Shown here: piece after piece, positions 19,218 to 27,196 of the stretch
Layout: the number at the start of each line of letters is the position of its first letter
Numbering within the stretch: the first letter of the stretch is position 1
NCBI GenBank assembly: GCA_046757665.1
Contig: JBHHYO010000037.1
Location: 1-27,313 of the forward strand
DNA from: Nitrospinales bacterium
GTDB lineage: Bacteria > Nitrospinota > Nitrospinia > Nitrospinales > JAJDAT01
Reading direction: 5' to 3'
Length of the DNA stretch: 27,313 bases
The notes under the pieces: model-generated
Seen by the model: only the letters and a program-made list of their open reading frames with translations
What the model was told of the DNA's origin: nothing
Databases searched by the model: none
Translations under genes and position numbers: made by a program

Positions 19218-19239
19218 CAGTAAACAAACAGTAAACAAA
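19218..19239. repeat. Perfect 11-bp tandem direct repeat upstream of hicBA
   Basis: CAGTAAACAAA twice (19218-19228, 19229-19239). Confidence 0.6.
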
Positions 19240-19363
19240 AATCGGCACTTCCGCTTTTCAAGCGCTTCTCATGTTCCTAATTTTATTCCTTCTGTTCTGC
19301 CGCTCCTCAAAAACTTCTCGGCTATTTTCTGGTGAGTATCGAAGGTGATTAATGATGGCAATT

Positions 19364-19646
19364 CACTACTGTCCGGGGAAATTCTTGATCTCGTTGTTAT
19401 AGTGTTTTCAAAGAAATCAACTTCTTTATTTTTCAATAAGTTAGCTTTTTGCGATCCATGCTGTCCGGGGAAACCCTGATCTCAATTCCTGAAAAGCTTT
19501 TCTGGAATCATTTGAGAATCCCTTTTCATTGTGGAAAGGGCGTTTATAGCCGTTTAAAGGGTTCCTTTATGCTGTCCGGTTAAAAAAAGAGCCTAACTAA
19601 GCCTCATATTTTCAATGAAGCTTTTAATTTTCCCCGGACACTACTG
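19364..19646. mobile_element. Non-autonomous MITE-like element (283 bp), copy 1
   Basis: Terminal inverted repeats CACTACTGTCCGGGGAAA (left) and CAGTAGTGTCCGGGGAAA (right, reverse complement); flanking direct repeat ATGGCAATT at 19355-19363 and 19647-19655; internal CTGTCCGG copies at 19461 and 19572; AT-rich and non-coding; related copy at 27197. Confidence 0.85.
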
Positions 19647-19677
19647 ATGGCAATTATGAATTTCGGGGACACAAGAT

Positions 19678-19770
19678 TCAATTCTTTTCGATGTTCACCT
19701 CGGAATTCCGATGCTTTATATCGTCGGGCAGTGCCGTTTCAAAAAACAGCTCCAGTGCTTCTCGAATTTT
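19678..19770 (-). pseudogene. Possible C-terminal remnant of a third short hicB gene
   Basis: KIREALELFFETALPDDIKHRNSEVNIEKN* resembles the EAL.LFFETA...EI..R...EV C-terminus of short HicB proteins (recalled family pattern); no N-terminal half is visible. Confidence 0.4.
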
Positions 19771-19829
19771 ATCCAACTCAGACCGTATTATTCTCACGGC
19801 CTGATTGTAACATCCTCCGGCGCCCGGAT

Positions 19830-19877
19830 TGTGCGTTTTTTCAGCAGACGGGTTTTTGTGTGCACAAAAATGGTGCG
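19830..19877. promoter_or_regulatory. NtrC-like enhancer (one strong site, one weak site)
   Basis: TGCACAAAAATGGTGCG (19861-19877) versus consensus TGCACC-N5-GGTGCA; weak TGT-N11-GCA site at 19830-19846, 31 bp upstream. Confidence 0.7.
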
Positions 19878-19961
19878 GAATTCCCCGGCGCTCGCATTCC
19901 GGGATCGGTTTGATGCTCCGGATTCGCCCGTTTAAACGGGAGGTTCCGCGGTTTCGGGAAT

Positions 19962-19977
19962 TGGCACGGATATTGAA
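19962..19977 (+). promoter_or_regulatory. Sigma-54 (-24/-12) promoter of the nitrate-assimilation operon
   Basis: TGGCACG-GATA-TTGAA versus consensus TGGCACG-N4-TTGCW: perfect -24 element, C-to-A change at -12; about 85 bp downstream of the strong enhancer site. Confidence 0.65.
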
Positions 19978-20040
19978 TGTACCTGTTTCTTTCAATTCTA
20001 TCTTATGAAATTCTAAAGTAAAAAGTTCCCGAGGCACTGC

Positions 20041-21639
20041 GTGGTGAACAAAATAGAAAAATTGAAGGGCGAAAAGGACGGCCTCGATATTGCCGGGGAT
20101 ATCGCCCGGTTCGCCAGGGAAGGTTGGGAGTCCATCTGCGAGGAGGACGTGCAACGATTGAAGTGGCACGGATTATTTTTGCGTAAACCGACGCCCGGCT
20201 ACTTCATGTTGCGCGTGCGGATGGCCAACGGACAGACCTTTTCGCATCAGGTGAAAATGCTGGCCCGGATCGCCCGGGAATTCGGCAACGGGTTGATTGA
20301 TATCACCACCCGGCAACAGGTGCAGGTCCGGCATTTGCGGATCGACGATGTGCCGCAAGTGTTTGAGCTGATGGAATCGGTAGGTTTGACTTCCCTGCAA
20401 ACCGGTCTGGACAATGTTAGAAATGTGATGGGATGTCCGGTGGCGGGACTGCATCCGCGGGAGGCGATCGACGCTTCTTTTCTGGTGAAGGCGTTGACCC
20501 AGCACATTCTGGAAAACCGGGAGTTCACCAATCTCCCCAGGAAATTCAACGTCGCCATCACGGGGTGCCCGGACAATTGCCTGCACACGGAGACCCAGGA
20601 CCTGGCATTGATCCCTGCCGGCAGGCAAGACACGGACGAGGCACGGGTCGGATTCAACGTCATGGCCGGAGGGAAATTGGGCTCCGGAGGCTATCGCATC
20701 GCCTCGCCTCTTGATATATTTGTATTACCGGAGGAAGTGGTTGAAGTGTGCTCTGCCGTGATTTTGTTGTACCGGGATCACGGGAGCCGGGAGCTTCGGA
20801 CGCAGAACCGTCTGGCCTTTCTTTTGGACGAATGGGGTGTCGACCGGTTTCGTTCGGAGTTGGCGCGGCGCCTGAAACGCCCCCTGGCGCGGGCCGGGCA
20901 AGACCTGCGCAACAACGAAAAAAAAGACCACTCCGGAATTTACCGGCAAAAGCAGGGGTTGATGAACTACGTTGGTTTGAAAGTGCGGGTGGGAAGAATC
21001 CGCGCCGAGGACTTTGGCGAGCTGGGCGTGTTGTCGGAAAAATACGGAACCGGGGAGTTGCGGATTTCGCCCGCGCAGACCCTGATTATCCCCAATGTGT
21101 CGGATAAAAAACTGGGTGATTTGCTGGAGGAGCCGTTACTGGTCAGCGAGTTGTCCTATGCGCCGTCGCGCGTGGTGCAAAACCTGGTCAGTTGCGTGGG
21201 GTCGGACTACTGCTCCCTCGCCGCCATAGAAACCAAAAGCCGCGCGCTGGAGGTGGCGGGGAAGCTGGAGGAAAAATTGAAAGACGTCGCGCCCATCTCC
21301 ATGCACTGGTCCGGATGCCCCGCCGGGTGCGGCAACCATTTGGTGGCGGACATCGGCTTGCTGGGTAAGCGCATCAAAGTGGCCGGGGAGGTGGTGGACG
21401 CCGTGGATGTTTATGTCGGCGGCCGCGCCGGGCCGCATCCGAAACCCGCCACCAAGCTGTTGCAAAACGTTCCCTGCGACCGGTTGCCCCAGGTTCTGGA
21501 AGGAATCATCCCGTACCACACCCGGGAAAAAATGCACCCCATCAAGGGAGCGAAGACACGGAAAAAAGACATGAAACAAAAACCGGCCGCGCCGGCCACC
21601 CCGGTTGTCAAGAAGACGCCCGCGGCAACGGTATGTTAG
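20041..21639 (+). CDS. nirA: Ferredoxin-nitrite reductase (siroheme, [4Fe-4S])
   Basis: NKIEKLK N-terminus, RLKWHG, FMLRVR, DITTRQ, DNVRN, NLPRKFNVAI; ligands CVGSDYC and HWSGCPAGC; GAGG RBS and GTG start; adjacent to a nitrate transporter. Confidence 0.92.
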   Translation: MVNKIEKLKGEKDGLDIAGDIARFAREGWESICEEDVQRLKWHGLFLRKPTPGYFMLRVRMANGQTFSHQVKMLARIAREFGNGLIDITTRQQVQVRHLRIDDVPQVFELMESVGLTSLQTGLDNVRNVMGCPVAGLHPREAIDASFLVKALTQHILENREFTNLPRKFNVAITGCPDNCLHTETQDLALIPAGRQDTDEARVGFNVMAGGKLGSGGYRIASPLDIFVLPEEVVEVCSAVILLYRDHGSRELRTQNRLAFLLDEWGVDRFRSELARRLKRPLARAGQDLRNNEKKDHSGIYRQKQGLMNYVGLKVRVGRIRAEDFGELGVLSEKYGTGELRISPAQTLIIPNVSDKKLGDLLEEPLLVSELSYAPSRVVQNLVSCVGSDYCSLAAIETKSRALEVAGKLEEKLKDVAPISMHWSGCPAGCGNHLVADIGLLGKRIKVAGEVVDAVDVYVGGRAGPHPKPATKLLQNVPCDRLPQVLEGIIPYHTREKMHPIKGAKTRKKDMKQKPAAPATPVVKKTPAATVC

Positions 21640-21652
21640 GAAAGAGGAACGT

Positions 21653-22861
21653 ATGATCAGAGGATTTTGCAAGCAGGGACACAAGCCGACATTGTTCAGC
21701 GCGTTTTTGTATTTTATGTCGAGCTGTATGATCTGGGTGGTTCTGGGATCGCTGGCGGTGCACATCGCCCGGGACCTGGAATTGCATCCGGCGCAAACGG
21801 GGCTGATGGTTGCCGTTCCGGTTTTGTTCGGCGCCTTGTTGCGCATTCCCGCCGGGTTTCTGGTTGACCGCCTGGGGTCGCGGAGGACGGGGCAGATCGG
21901 CCAGGCTCTGGTAATTCTGGCCTTGTTTTTCGCCTGGTTCCTGGGTCTGCGCAGTTTGGAGGGGCTTTACCTGATGGGGTTTTTCCTCGGAGTGGCGGGC
22001 GCCAGTTTCGCCGTCGCCCTGCCCCTGGCGGGCCAGTGGTATCCGCCGCAATACCAGGGGCTGGCGTTGGGAATCGCCGGCGCCGGAAATGTCGGAACGG
22101 TTTTGGCCGCACTGCTTGCGCCCCGCCTGGCGGAAGCTTTCGGCTGGCAGGCGGTGTTTGGCCTGGCCATTATCCCGGCGGCGTTCACCCTGCTGGTGTT
22201 TAGTCTGATGGCAAAGGACGCGCCGGGGAAAGAAGCGTCCCGTCAGACTCCGCATTACTTTTATATTCTCAAGGAAACGGACACGTGGTGGTTCTCCCTG
22301 TTTTACATGGTGACGTTCGGCGGGTTTGTCGGCCTGGCTTCCTCGCTGGTGATTTATTTTAACGACCAGTATGGCCTGGATCCCGTGACAGCCGGGACTT
22401 TCACGTCCGTTTGCGTGTTTGTCGGCAGTATGGTCAGGCCGTTGGGCGGCGCGCTTGCCGACCGGATCGGCGGCATCAAAACCCTGCTGATCCTGTACGT
22501 TGTGATGGCCCTGAGCCTGTTTGCCGTCGGTTTGGAGGCGGATTCCCCCTCCCTGGCGCTGGTGGTGCTTTCGATTGCCATGCTGGCCCTGGGCATGGGC
22601 AACGGCGCGGTTTTCCAACTCGTCCCCCTGCGGTTCGGAAAAGAAATCGGCACCATCACCGGCATCGTGGGGACCGCCGGCGGGATAGGCGGCTTTTGCC
22701 TGGCTTCCCTGCTGGGCTACTCCAGAGAATGGACGGGCAGTTACCAGCTGGGTTTCATGACCTTCGCCGGCCTGGCCGTTGTTTGCCTGCTCGTCATCCT
22801 GGCGGTGCAAACCCGGTGGCGGACCAGCTGGCGGGCGGCGTCCGTCATGGTCAAGATTTAA
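21653..22861 (+). CDS. narK: Nitrate/nitrite porter (MFS NNP family, NarK/NasA-type)
   Basis: GHKPTLFSAFLYF, nitrate signatures GVAGASFAV...GAGNVG and GMGNGAVFQLVP, conserved Arg in LLRIP and VRPLGG; RBS AAGAGGA before ATG 21653. Confidence 0.92.
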   Translation: MIRGFCKQGHKPTLFSAFLYFMSSCMIWVVLGSLAVHIARDLELHPAQTGLMVAVPVLFGALLRIPAGFLVDRLGSRRTGQIGQALVILALFFAWFLGLRSLEGLYLMGFFLGVAGASFAVALPLAGQWYPPQYQGLALGIAGAGNVGTVLAALLAPRLAEAFGWQAVFGLAIIPAAFTLLVFSLMAKDAPGKEASRQTPHYFYILKETDTWWFSLFYMVTFGGFVGLASSLVIYFNDQYGLDPVTAGTFTSVCVFVGSMVRPLGGALADRIGGIKTLLILYVVMALSLFAVGLEADSPSLALVVLSIAMLALGMGNGAVFQLVPLRFGKEIGTITGIVGTAGGIGGFCLASLLGYSREWTGSYQLGFMTFAGLAVVCLLVILAVQTRWRTSWRAASVMVKI

Positions 22862-22935
22862 TCCGTAGTTTTTTTATTCACAGACAATTTTTCAACCCTT
22901 GAATCGCAAGATTCTTCTTCCATACATTACAATTT

Positions 22936-24582
22936 ATGACCGATACGATGACGTTAACGTGCGCCGTTCCCACGGACAGCGTGCCCGAGGCCTTGCCGGT
23001 ACGCATTCCCCAATTGCCTCTGGAGTCCGGGGAGAATTACCGCTTCCATTTCGACATGACCAAGTGCATCGGTTGCCATTGTTGCGAGGTGGCGTGTTCC
23101 GAACAAAACAACAATCCGCCCGATGTCCAATGGCGGCGCGTCGGCGAAGTTGAAGGCGGCGCCTACCCTCACACCTTCCGGGCTTATGTGTCCATGGGAT
23201 GCAACCATTGCCTGGAACCGGCCTGCCTGACCGGCTGTCCGGTGGACGCCTACCGCAAGGAAGGGACGGGAATTGTCCTGTTGCAGGAGGATCAGTGCAT
23301 CGGTTGTCAATATTGCACGTGGAATTGCCCGTATGGCGTGCCCAAGTACAATGAGGACCGGAAGATCGTCACCAAGTGCGACATGTGCCGTTCCCGCCTG
23401 TCCGAGGGGCAGGAACCGGCCTGCGTGGGGTCGTGTCCGACCGGAGCCATCACCATCGAGTCGGTTCGCCCGGAAGGTTGGAAACGCAATCCGGGCGCGG
23501 GCGATGCGCCGGGCATTCCGCGGGTGGAAGGCACTCTGTCCACCACCCGGTTTACGCTTCCGGATCACTTGCCCGACCCGACGGTCACCACCGGTTATTA
23601 TCAGGTCAAGCCGGAGAAGGCGCATCCCTCGCTGATCATCTTGACGCTTTTGACGCAAATGTCCATCGGTGGTTTCGTCACCTTCTGGCTTGCGGACTGG
23701 TTTTCCACGGGGCGGGCGCTTTCCGCCGCGGCGCATGACGCCGTGGCCCTGGGGGCGGTGTTTTCGATTCTGGTGGGGTGGTTGGCCTTGGGGGCCTCGG
23801 TGTTTCATCTCGGCAGGCCCCTTTACGCCTTCCGCGCCCTGAAGATGTGGCGGCGGAGCTGGCTGAGCCGGGAGGTGTTGCTGTTCACCCTGTTCGCCAT
23901 GGCGGCGATTGTTTATTCCCTGCTGTGGGGCATGGAGTTGATGCCCGAATGGTTTGCCTGGGCCGGTTTTGCGGGTGGGGCGTATCGTCAGGCCTGGGGA
24001 GGCCTGGTGGCGGGGGTGGGTGTCGCCGGACTGGTTGCCAGCGCTTATATTTACATGGTGCCGGCGCGGCCGGCGTGGAACACGCCGCGCACGCCCGTTT
24101 CGTTTCTGACCACGGCGGCGGTTTTGGGACCGCTCTTTGCCCTGGCGGCTTACACGGTGTCCTTGTGGCATATCCCGCCGAACGATTGGAGCGCTGTTCT
24201 CGCCGCCGTCAACCCGGCGCTCCGCCTTATTTTGTTGTTCATCGGCGCGGCGGCGTTCTTTCAACTTTTAAACCAGGTGCAGATGTTGTTCTATCTCGCC
24301 GGTGAGCAAAACCCGGAACTCCATGCCACGACGCGGCTGTTGACCGTGAATTTCAAGGGCCACTTCCTGGCGCGCCTGGGCCTCCTGGTGGCGGGAGCGA
24401 TTTTGATGCCCTGGGTAGGATATGAAATGGCCATGAATCCCGCCACGGGGTGGGGAGGTTTCATGGCCGTGGTTAGCCTGGCCTTCTCGCTGACTTTGTC
24501 GGGGGAGATACTGGGCCGTTACCTCTTTTTCGTCACCGTCGTTCCCAAGAACATGCCCGGAAACTTTTTCCGGACGGAGTAG
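22936..24582 (+). CDS. Fused DmsB-like 4x[4Fe-4S] domain and DmsC/YnfH-like membrane anchor
   Basis: CIGCHCCEVAC, CNHCLEPACLTGCP, CIGCQYCTWNCP, KCDMC...PACVGSCP; then H.SLIILTLLTQ, ASVFHLGRP, SWLSRE and EILGRYLFF with about 8 hydrophobic helices. Confidence 0.9.
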   Translation: MTDTMTLTCAVPTDSVPEALPVRIPQLPLESGENYRFHFDMTKCIGCHCCEVACSEQNNNPPDVQWRRVGEVEGGAYPHTFRAYVSMGCNHCLEPACLTGCPVDAYRKEGTGIVLLQEDQCIGCQYCTWNCPYGVPKYNEDRKIVTKCDMCRSRLSEGQEPACVGSCPTGAITIESVRPEGWKRNPGAGDAPGIPRVEGTLSTTRFTLPDHLPDPTVTTGYYQVKPEKAHPSLIILTLLTQMSIGGFVTFWLADWFSTGRALSAAAHDAVALGAVFSILVGWLALGASVFHLGRPLYAFRALKMWRRSWLSREVLLFTLFAMAAIVYSLLWGMELMPEWFAWAGFAGGAYRQAWGGLVAGVGVAGLVASAYIYMVPARPAWNTPRTPVSFLTTAAVLGPLFALAAYTVSLWHIPPNDWSAVLAAVNPALRLILLFIGAAAFFQLLNQVQMLFYLAGEQNPELHATTRLLTVNFKGHFLARLGLLVAGAILMPWVGYEMAMNPATGWGGFMAVVSLAFSLTLSGEILGRYLFFVTVVPKNMPGNFFRTE

Positions 24583-24614
24583 CCAAATGGTTTTCAAATT
24601 TTTTTCGGGGCCTC

Positions 24615-26807
24615 ATGACAAAGTCTTCTACATTATTTAAAACCTTGCAGGGAATTCTCGGCTGGGACACCGGCGCGGAGCGATACCGTTTCGGAAGCGA
24701 TCCACAATTCGGCCTCATGGCGGAGGCAAAGATTCCGGACCACTGGGTGTCCACGACCTGCGGCTATTGTTCGGTGGGTTGCGGCATCAAGCTCGGCGTT
24801 CGCGACGGCAAGGCGGTCAGCGTTCGGGGAGACCCCGACCACTCCGTGAACCGCGGAATGCTGTGTCCCAAGGGACTGACCGCCCATTACGCGATCCATG
24901 CGCCGGACCGGGCGCGGCATCCCCTTCTGCGCCGGGAAAACCAGTTGACGCGGGTGAGTTGGGACCGGGCGCTTTCCGTCATGGCGGAGCGTTTCCGGAA
25001 AATCCAGAAAGAACACGGGCCGGAATCGGTTGCGGTGGTCGGCACCGGACAGTTGGTGACCGAGGAGTTCTATACGCTGGGCAAACTGGCGCAACTGGGG
25101 CTGGGAACCTCGAATTATGACGGCAACACCACGCTGTGCATGGCCAGCGCGGTCGCCGGTTACAAGCGGTCGTTCGGCAGTGACGGGCCGCCGGGATGTT
25201 ACGCCGACCTGGAACGCGCCGATTGCGTCTTTCTCATCGGCGCCAATATCGCCGACAACCATCCCATCCTGTACACCCATCTGGAGCGCAACCCGGACAA
25301 GACGGTGCTGGTGGCCGATCCGCGGATCAGCAAGACCGCCATGAAAGCCGATCTCTATCTGCCGCTGAAACCGCGCACGGACCTGGCGCTTCTCTATGGG
25401 ATGATGAAGGTACTGATTGACGCGGACCTGATCGATTCCCGGTTCGTCGCCGAGCACACCACCGGGTTCGAGGAGTTGCGGGCGTTTCTGGCGGATTACA
25501 CGCCGGCCCGGGTGGCGGCGATCACCGGACTGCGCGAGGCCATGATCCATCAGGCGGCGTTTGCCTACGGGCGCGCCCGTGCCGCGTTTATCGGCTGGAG
25601 CATGGGGGTGAACCAGAGCACGCAAGGCACCGCCACGGTGAACGCCATTAATACGCTGGCCCTGATTACGGGTAATATCGGCATCGAGGGCGGCGCTCCC
25701 TTCTCCATTACCGGGCAGTGCAATGCCATGGGGTCGCGGGAAACCTCCTTCACCTCCAGCCTGCCCGGTTACCGGGAGTTCGACAATCCGGCGGACCGGA
25801 AGGAACTGGCCGCGCTTTGGGGGATCGAGGAAACCCGCTTGCCGAAAAAAAGAGGACGGGCGTACCCCGACATTATCAACGATATTATTCTGGAGCGAAT
25901 CCACGGCCTGTGGATCATTGGCACCAATCCCATGGCGTCGTTTCCGAACTTGCAGTTTATCGGCGACGCGCTGGACCGCCTGGATTTTCTGGTCGTGCAG
26001 GACGGGTACCATCCCACTCCCACCAGCGCCCGGTGCGACCTTTTTCTGCCGGCGGCGATCTGGGGGGAAAAGGAGGGAACGTATACCAACTCCGAGCGGC
26101 GCGTTTCCAAAGTCAACCGGGCGGTTGCGCCTCCCGGCGAGGCAAAACCGGATTTCGATATTTTTCTCGAACTGGCCCGGAAACTGGGCTGTGACCGGGA
26201 ATTGTTCCCCGGCTGGAAAAGCCCGCGGGACGCCTTTGAAGAATGGAAACGGGTTTCACGGGGCCGGCTGTGCGATTATTCCGGCCTGGATTATGAACGC
26301 ATCGAACGCCTGGGCGGCATCCAATGGCCCTGTCCGGAAGAGGGGCCGCGGGAAGACCCGGCCCGGCTCTACGCGAAAAAACGATTCCCCTCTGCCGACG
26401 GCAAGGCCCGCCTGTGGTGCGTTCCCTGGGAACCGTTCCCCGAAAGCGGTAACCGGGAGTTTCCCTTTATCCTCAATACCGGGCGGACCGTGGAGCACTG
26501 GCACACCCGCACCAAAACCGGGCAAATCCCTCTCTTGAACAATCTGGCGCCGGAGGCCTGGCTGGAATTGAATCCGCAGGATGCCGGAAAATTAAAGGTC
26601 AAGCAGAACCAGTATGTCTCCGTCGTATCCCAGCGCGGCCGAATCGATCGAATCCGCGTCCGCGTCACGTCTATTGTTCGTCCGGGAGAAGTGTTTGTTC
26701 CCTTTCATTACGCGGAATGCTCGGCGAATCACCTGACGTTTAATATTTTCGATCCGATTTCGCGGCAACCCAACTACAAGCAATGCGCCGTGATGATTGA
26801 GGTTTAA
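24615..26807 (+). CDS. Molybdopterin oxidoreductase catalytic subunit, assimilatory nitrate reductase type (NasA/NarB-like)
   Basis: CGYCSVGC...LCPKG [4Fe-4S] motif, Mo-ligand Cys in TTLCMASAVAGY, SITGQCNAMG, GTYTNSERR, LNTGRTVEHWHT, DPISRQPNYKQCAV; no twin-arginine signal and no C-terminal BFD-like [2Fe-2S] domain. Confidence 0.88.
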   Translation: MTKSSTLFKTLQGILGWDTGAERYRFGSDPQFGLMAEAKIPDHWVSTTCGYCSVGCGIKLGVRDGKAVSVRGDPDHSVNRGMLCPKGLTAHYAIHAPDRARHPLLRRENQLTRVSWDRALSVMAERFRKIQKEHGPESVAVVGTGQLVTEEFYTLGKLAQLGLGTSNYDGNTTLCMASAVAGYKRSFGSDGPPGCYADLERADCVFLIGANIADNHPILYTHLERNPDKTVLVADPRISKTAMKADLYLPLKPRTDLALLYGMMKVLIDADLIDSRFVAEHTTGFEELRAFLADYTPARVAAITGLREAMIHQAAFAYGRARAAFIGWSMGVNQSTQGTATVNAINTLALITGNIGIEGGAPFSITGQCNAMGSRETSFTSSLPGYREFDNPADRKELAALWGIEETRLPKKRGRAYPDIINDIILERIHGLWIIGTNPMASFPNLQFIGDALDRLDFLVVQDGYHPTPTSARCDLFLPAAIWGEKEGTYTNSERRVSKVNRAVAPPGEAKPDFDIFLELARKLGCDRELFPGWKSPRDAFEEWKRVSRGRLCDYSGLDYERIERLGGIQWPCPEEGPREDPARLYAKKRFPSADGKARLWCVPWEPFPESGNREFPFILNTGRTVEHWHTRTKTGQIPLLNNLAPEAWLELNPQDAGKLKVKQNQYVSVVSQRGRIDRIRVRVTSIVRPGEVFVPFHYAECSANHLTFNIFDPISRQPNYKQCAVMIEV

Positions 26808-26854
26808 ACTATCGACGAGGACGGAAACCGGGATTGTTTTTTAGGCGGGAGGGA

Positions 26855-27145
26855 TCATTCTTCCCTGAAAAATCCGATAAAAATCAAGGTTGCGGTAATG
26901 ACGCCGGAAAAGACATAGATAAAAAAACCGGTTGTGGCGTAGCCTAATATATCTATGAAAAATCCGCGGTTGAAGAAAAATCCCCAATAAAAAACAAAAG
27001 TGTAGGAAATCAAAAGTCCCATCTTATGTTTTGAAAGAAAAAAACAAATAGAGATCATGAAGGCAAACAGAAGCATTTGTCCTAACGGAACGGAAAACTG
27101 CTTGTCGGACAAAAAGTTGATCATGCTGTTAACAAAGTCCATCAA
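26855..27145 (-). CDS. Small hydrophobic membrane protein of unknown function
   Basis: 96 aa, about 3 hydrophobic Phe-rich segments, RBS GGGAGG upstream; low GC. Confidence 0.7.
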   Translation of the reverse strand: MMDFVNSMINFLSDKQFSVPLGQMLLFAFMISICFFLSKHKMGLLISYTFVFYWGFFFNRGFFIDILGYATTGFFIYVFSGVITATLIFIGFFREE

Positions 27146-27196
27146 ATTCCTCCCTGGAGTGGTTTGGTTTCACATAATATGAATTTTATGCTTTAT

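Noticed and set aside
19364-19646. CRISPR array suggested by recurring CTGTCCGG units
   Set aside because: The repeats are short and unequal, spacing is 92 and 111 bp, the last copy is inverted, and there are no cas genes. Terminal inverted repeats plus a target duplication explain it better.
19711-19719. ATGCTTTAT identical to the 9 bp flanking MITE copy 2
   Set aside because: Not adjacent to any terminal repeat; an AT-rich 9-mer match is plausible by chance
19678-20169. 163-aa minus-strand ORF as a real gene
   Set aside because: It overlaps the nirA start and promoter; only the last 30 codons or so look protein-like (possible hicB remnant)
20041-21639. Sulfite reductase assignment for the siroheme protein
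   Set aside because: The NirA-like N-terminus, the adjacent nitrate porter and reductase, and the NtrC-like box all favour nitrite; not formally excluded without a tree
24615-26807. Periplasmic NapA, respiratory NarG, DMSO reductase or nitrite oxidoreductase assignment
   Set aside because: No twin-arginine signal, no napB/napD or narHJI, much shorter than NarG/NxrA, and the Mo-ligand region is the Cys-type LCMASA rather than the Asp or Ser types
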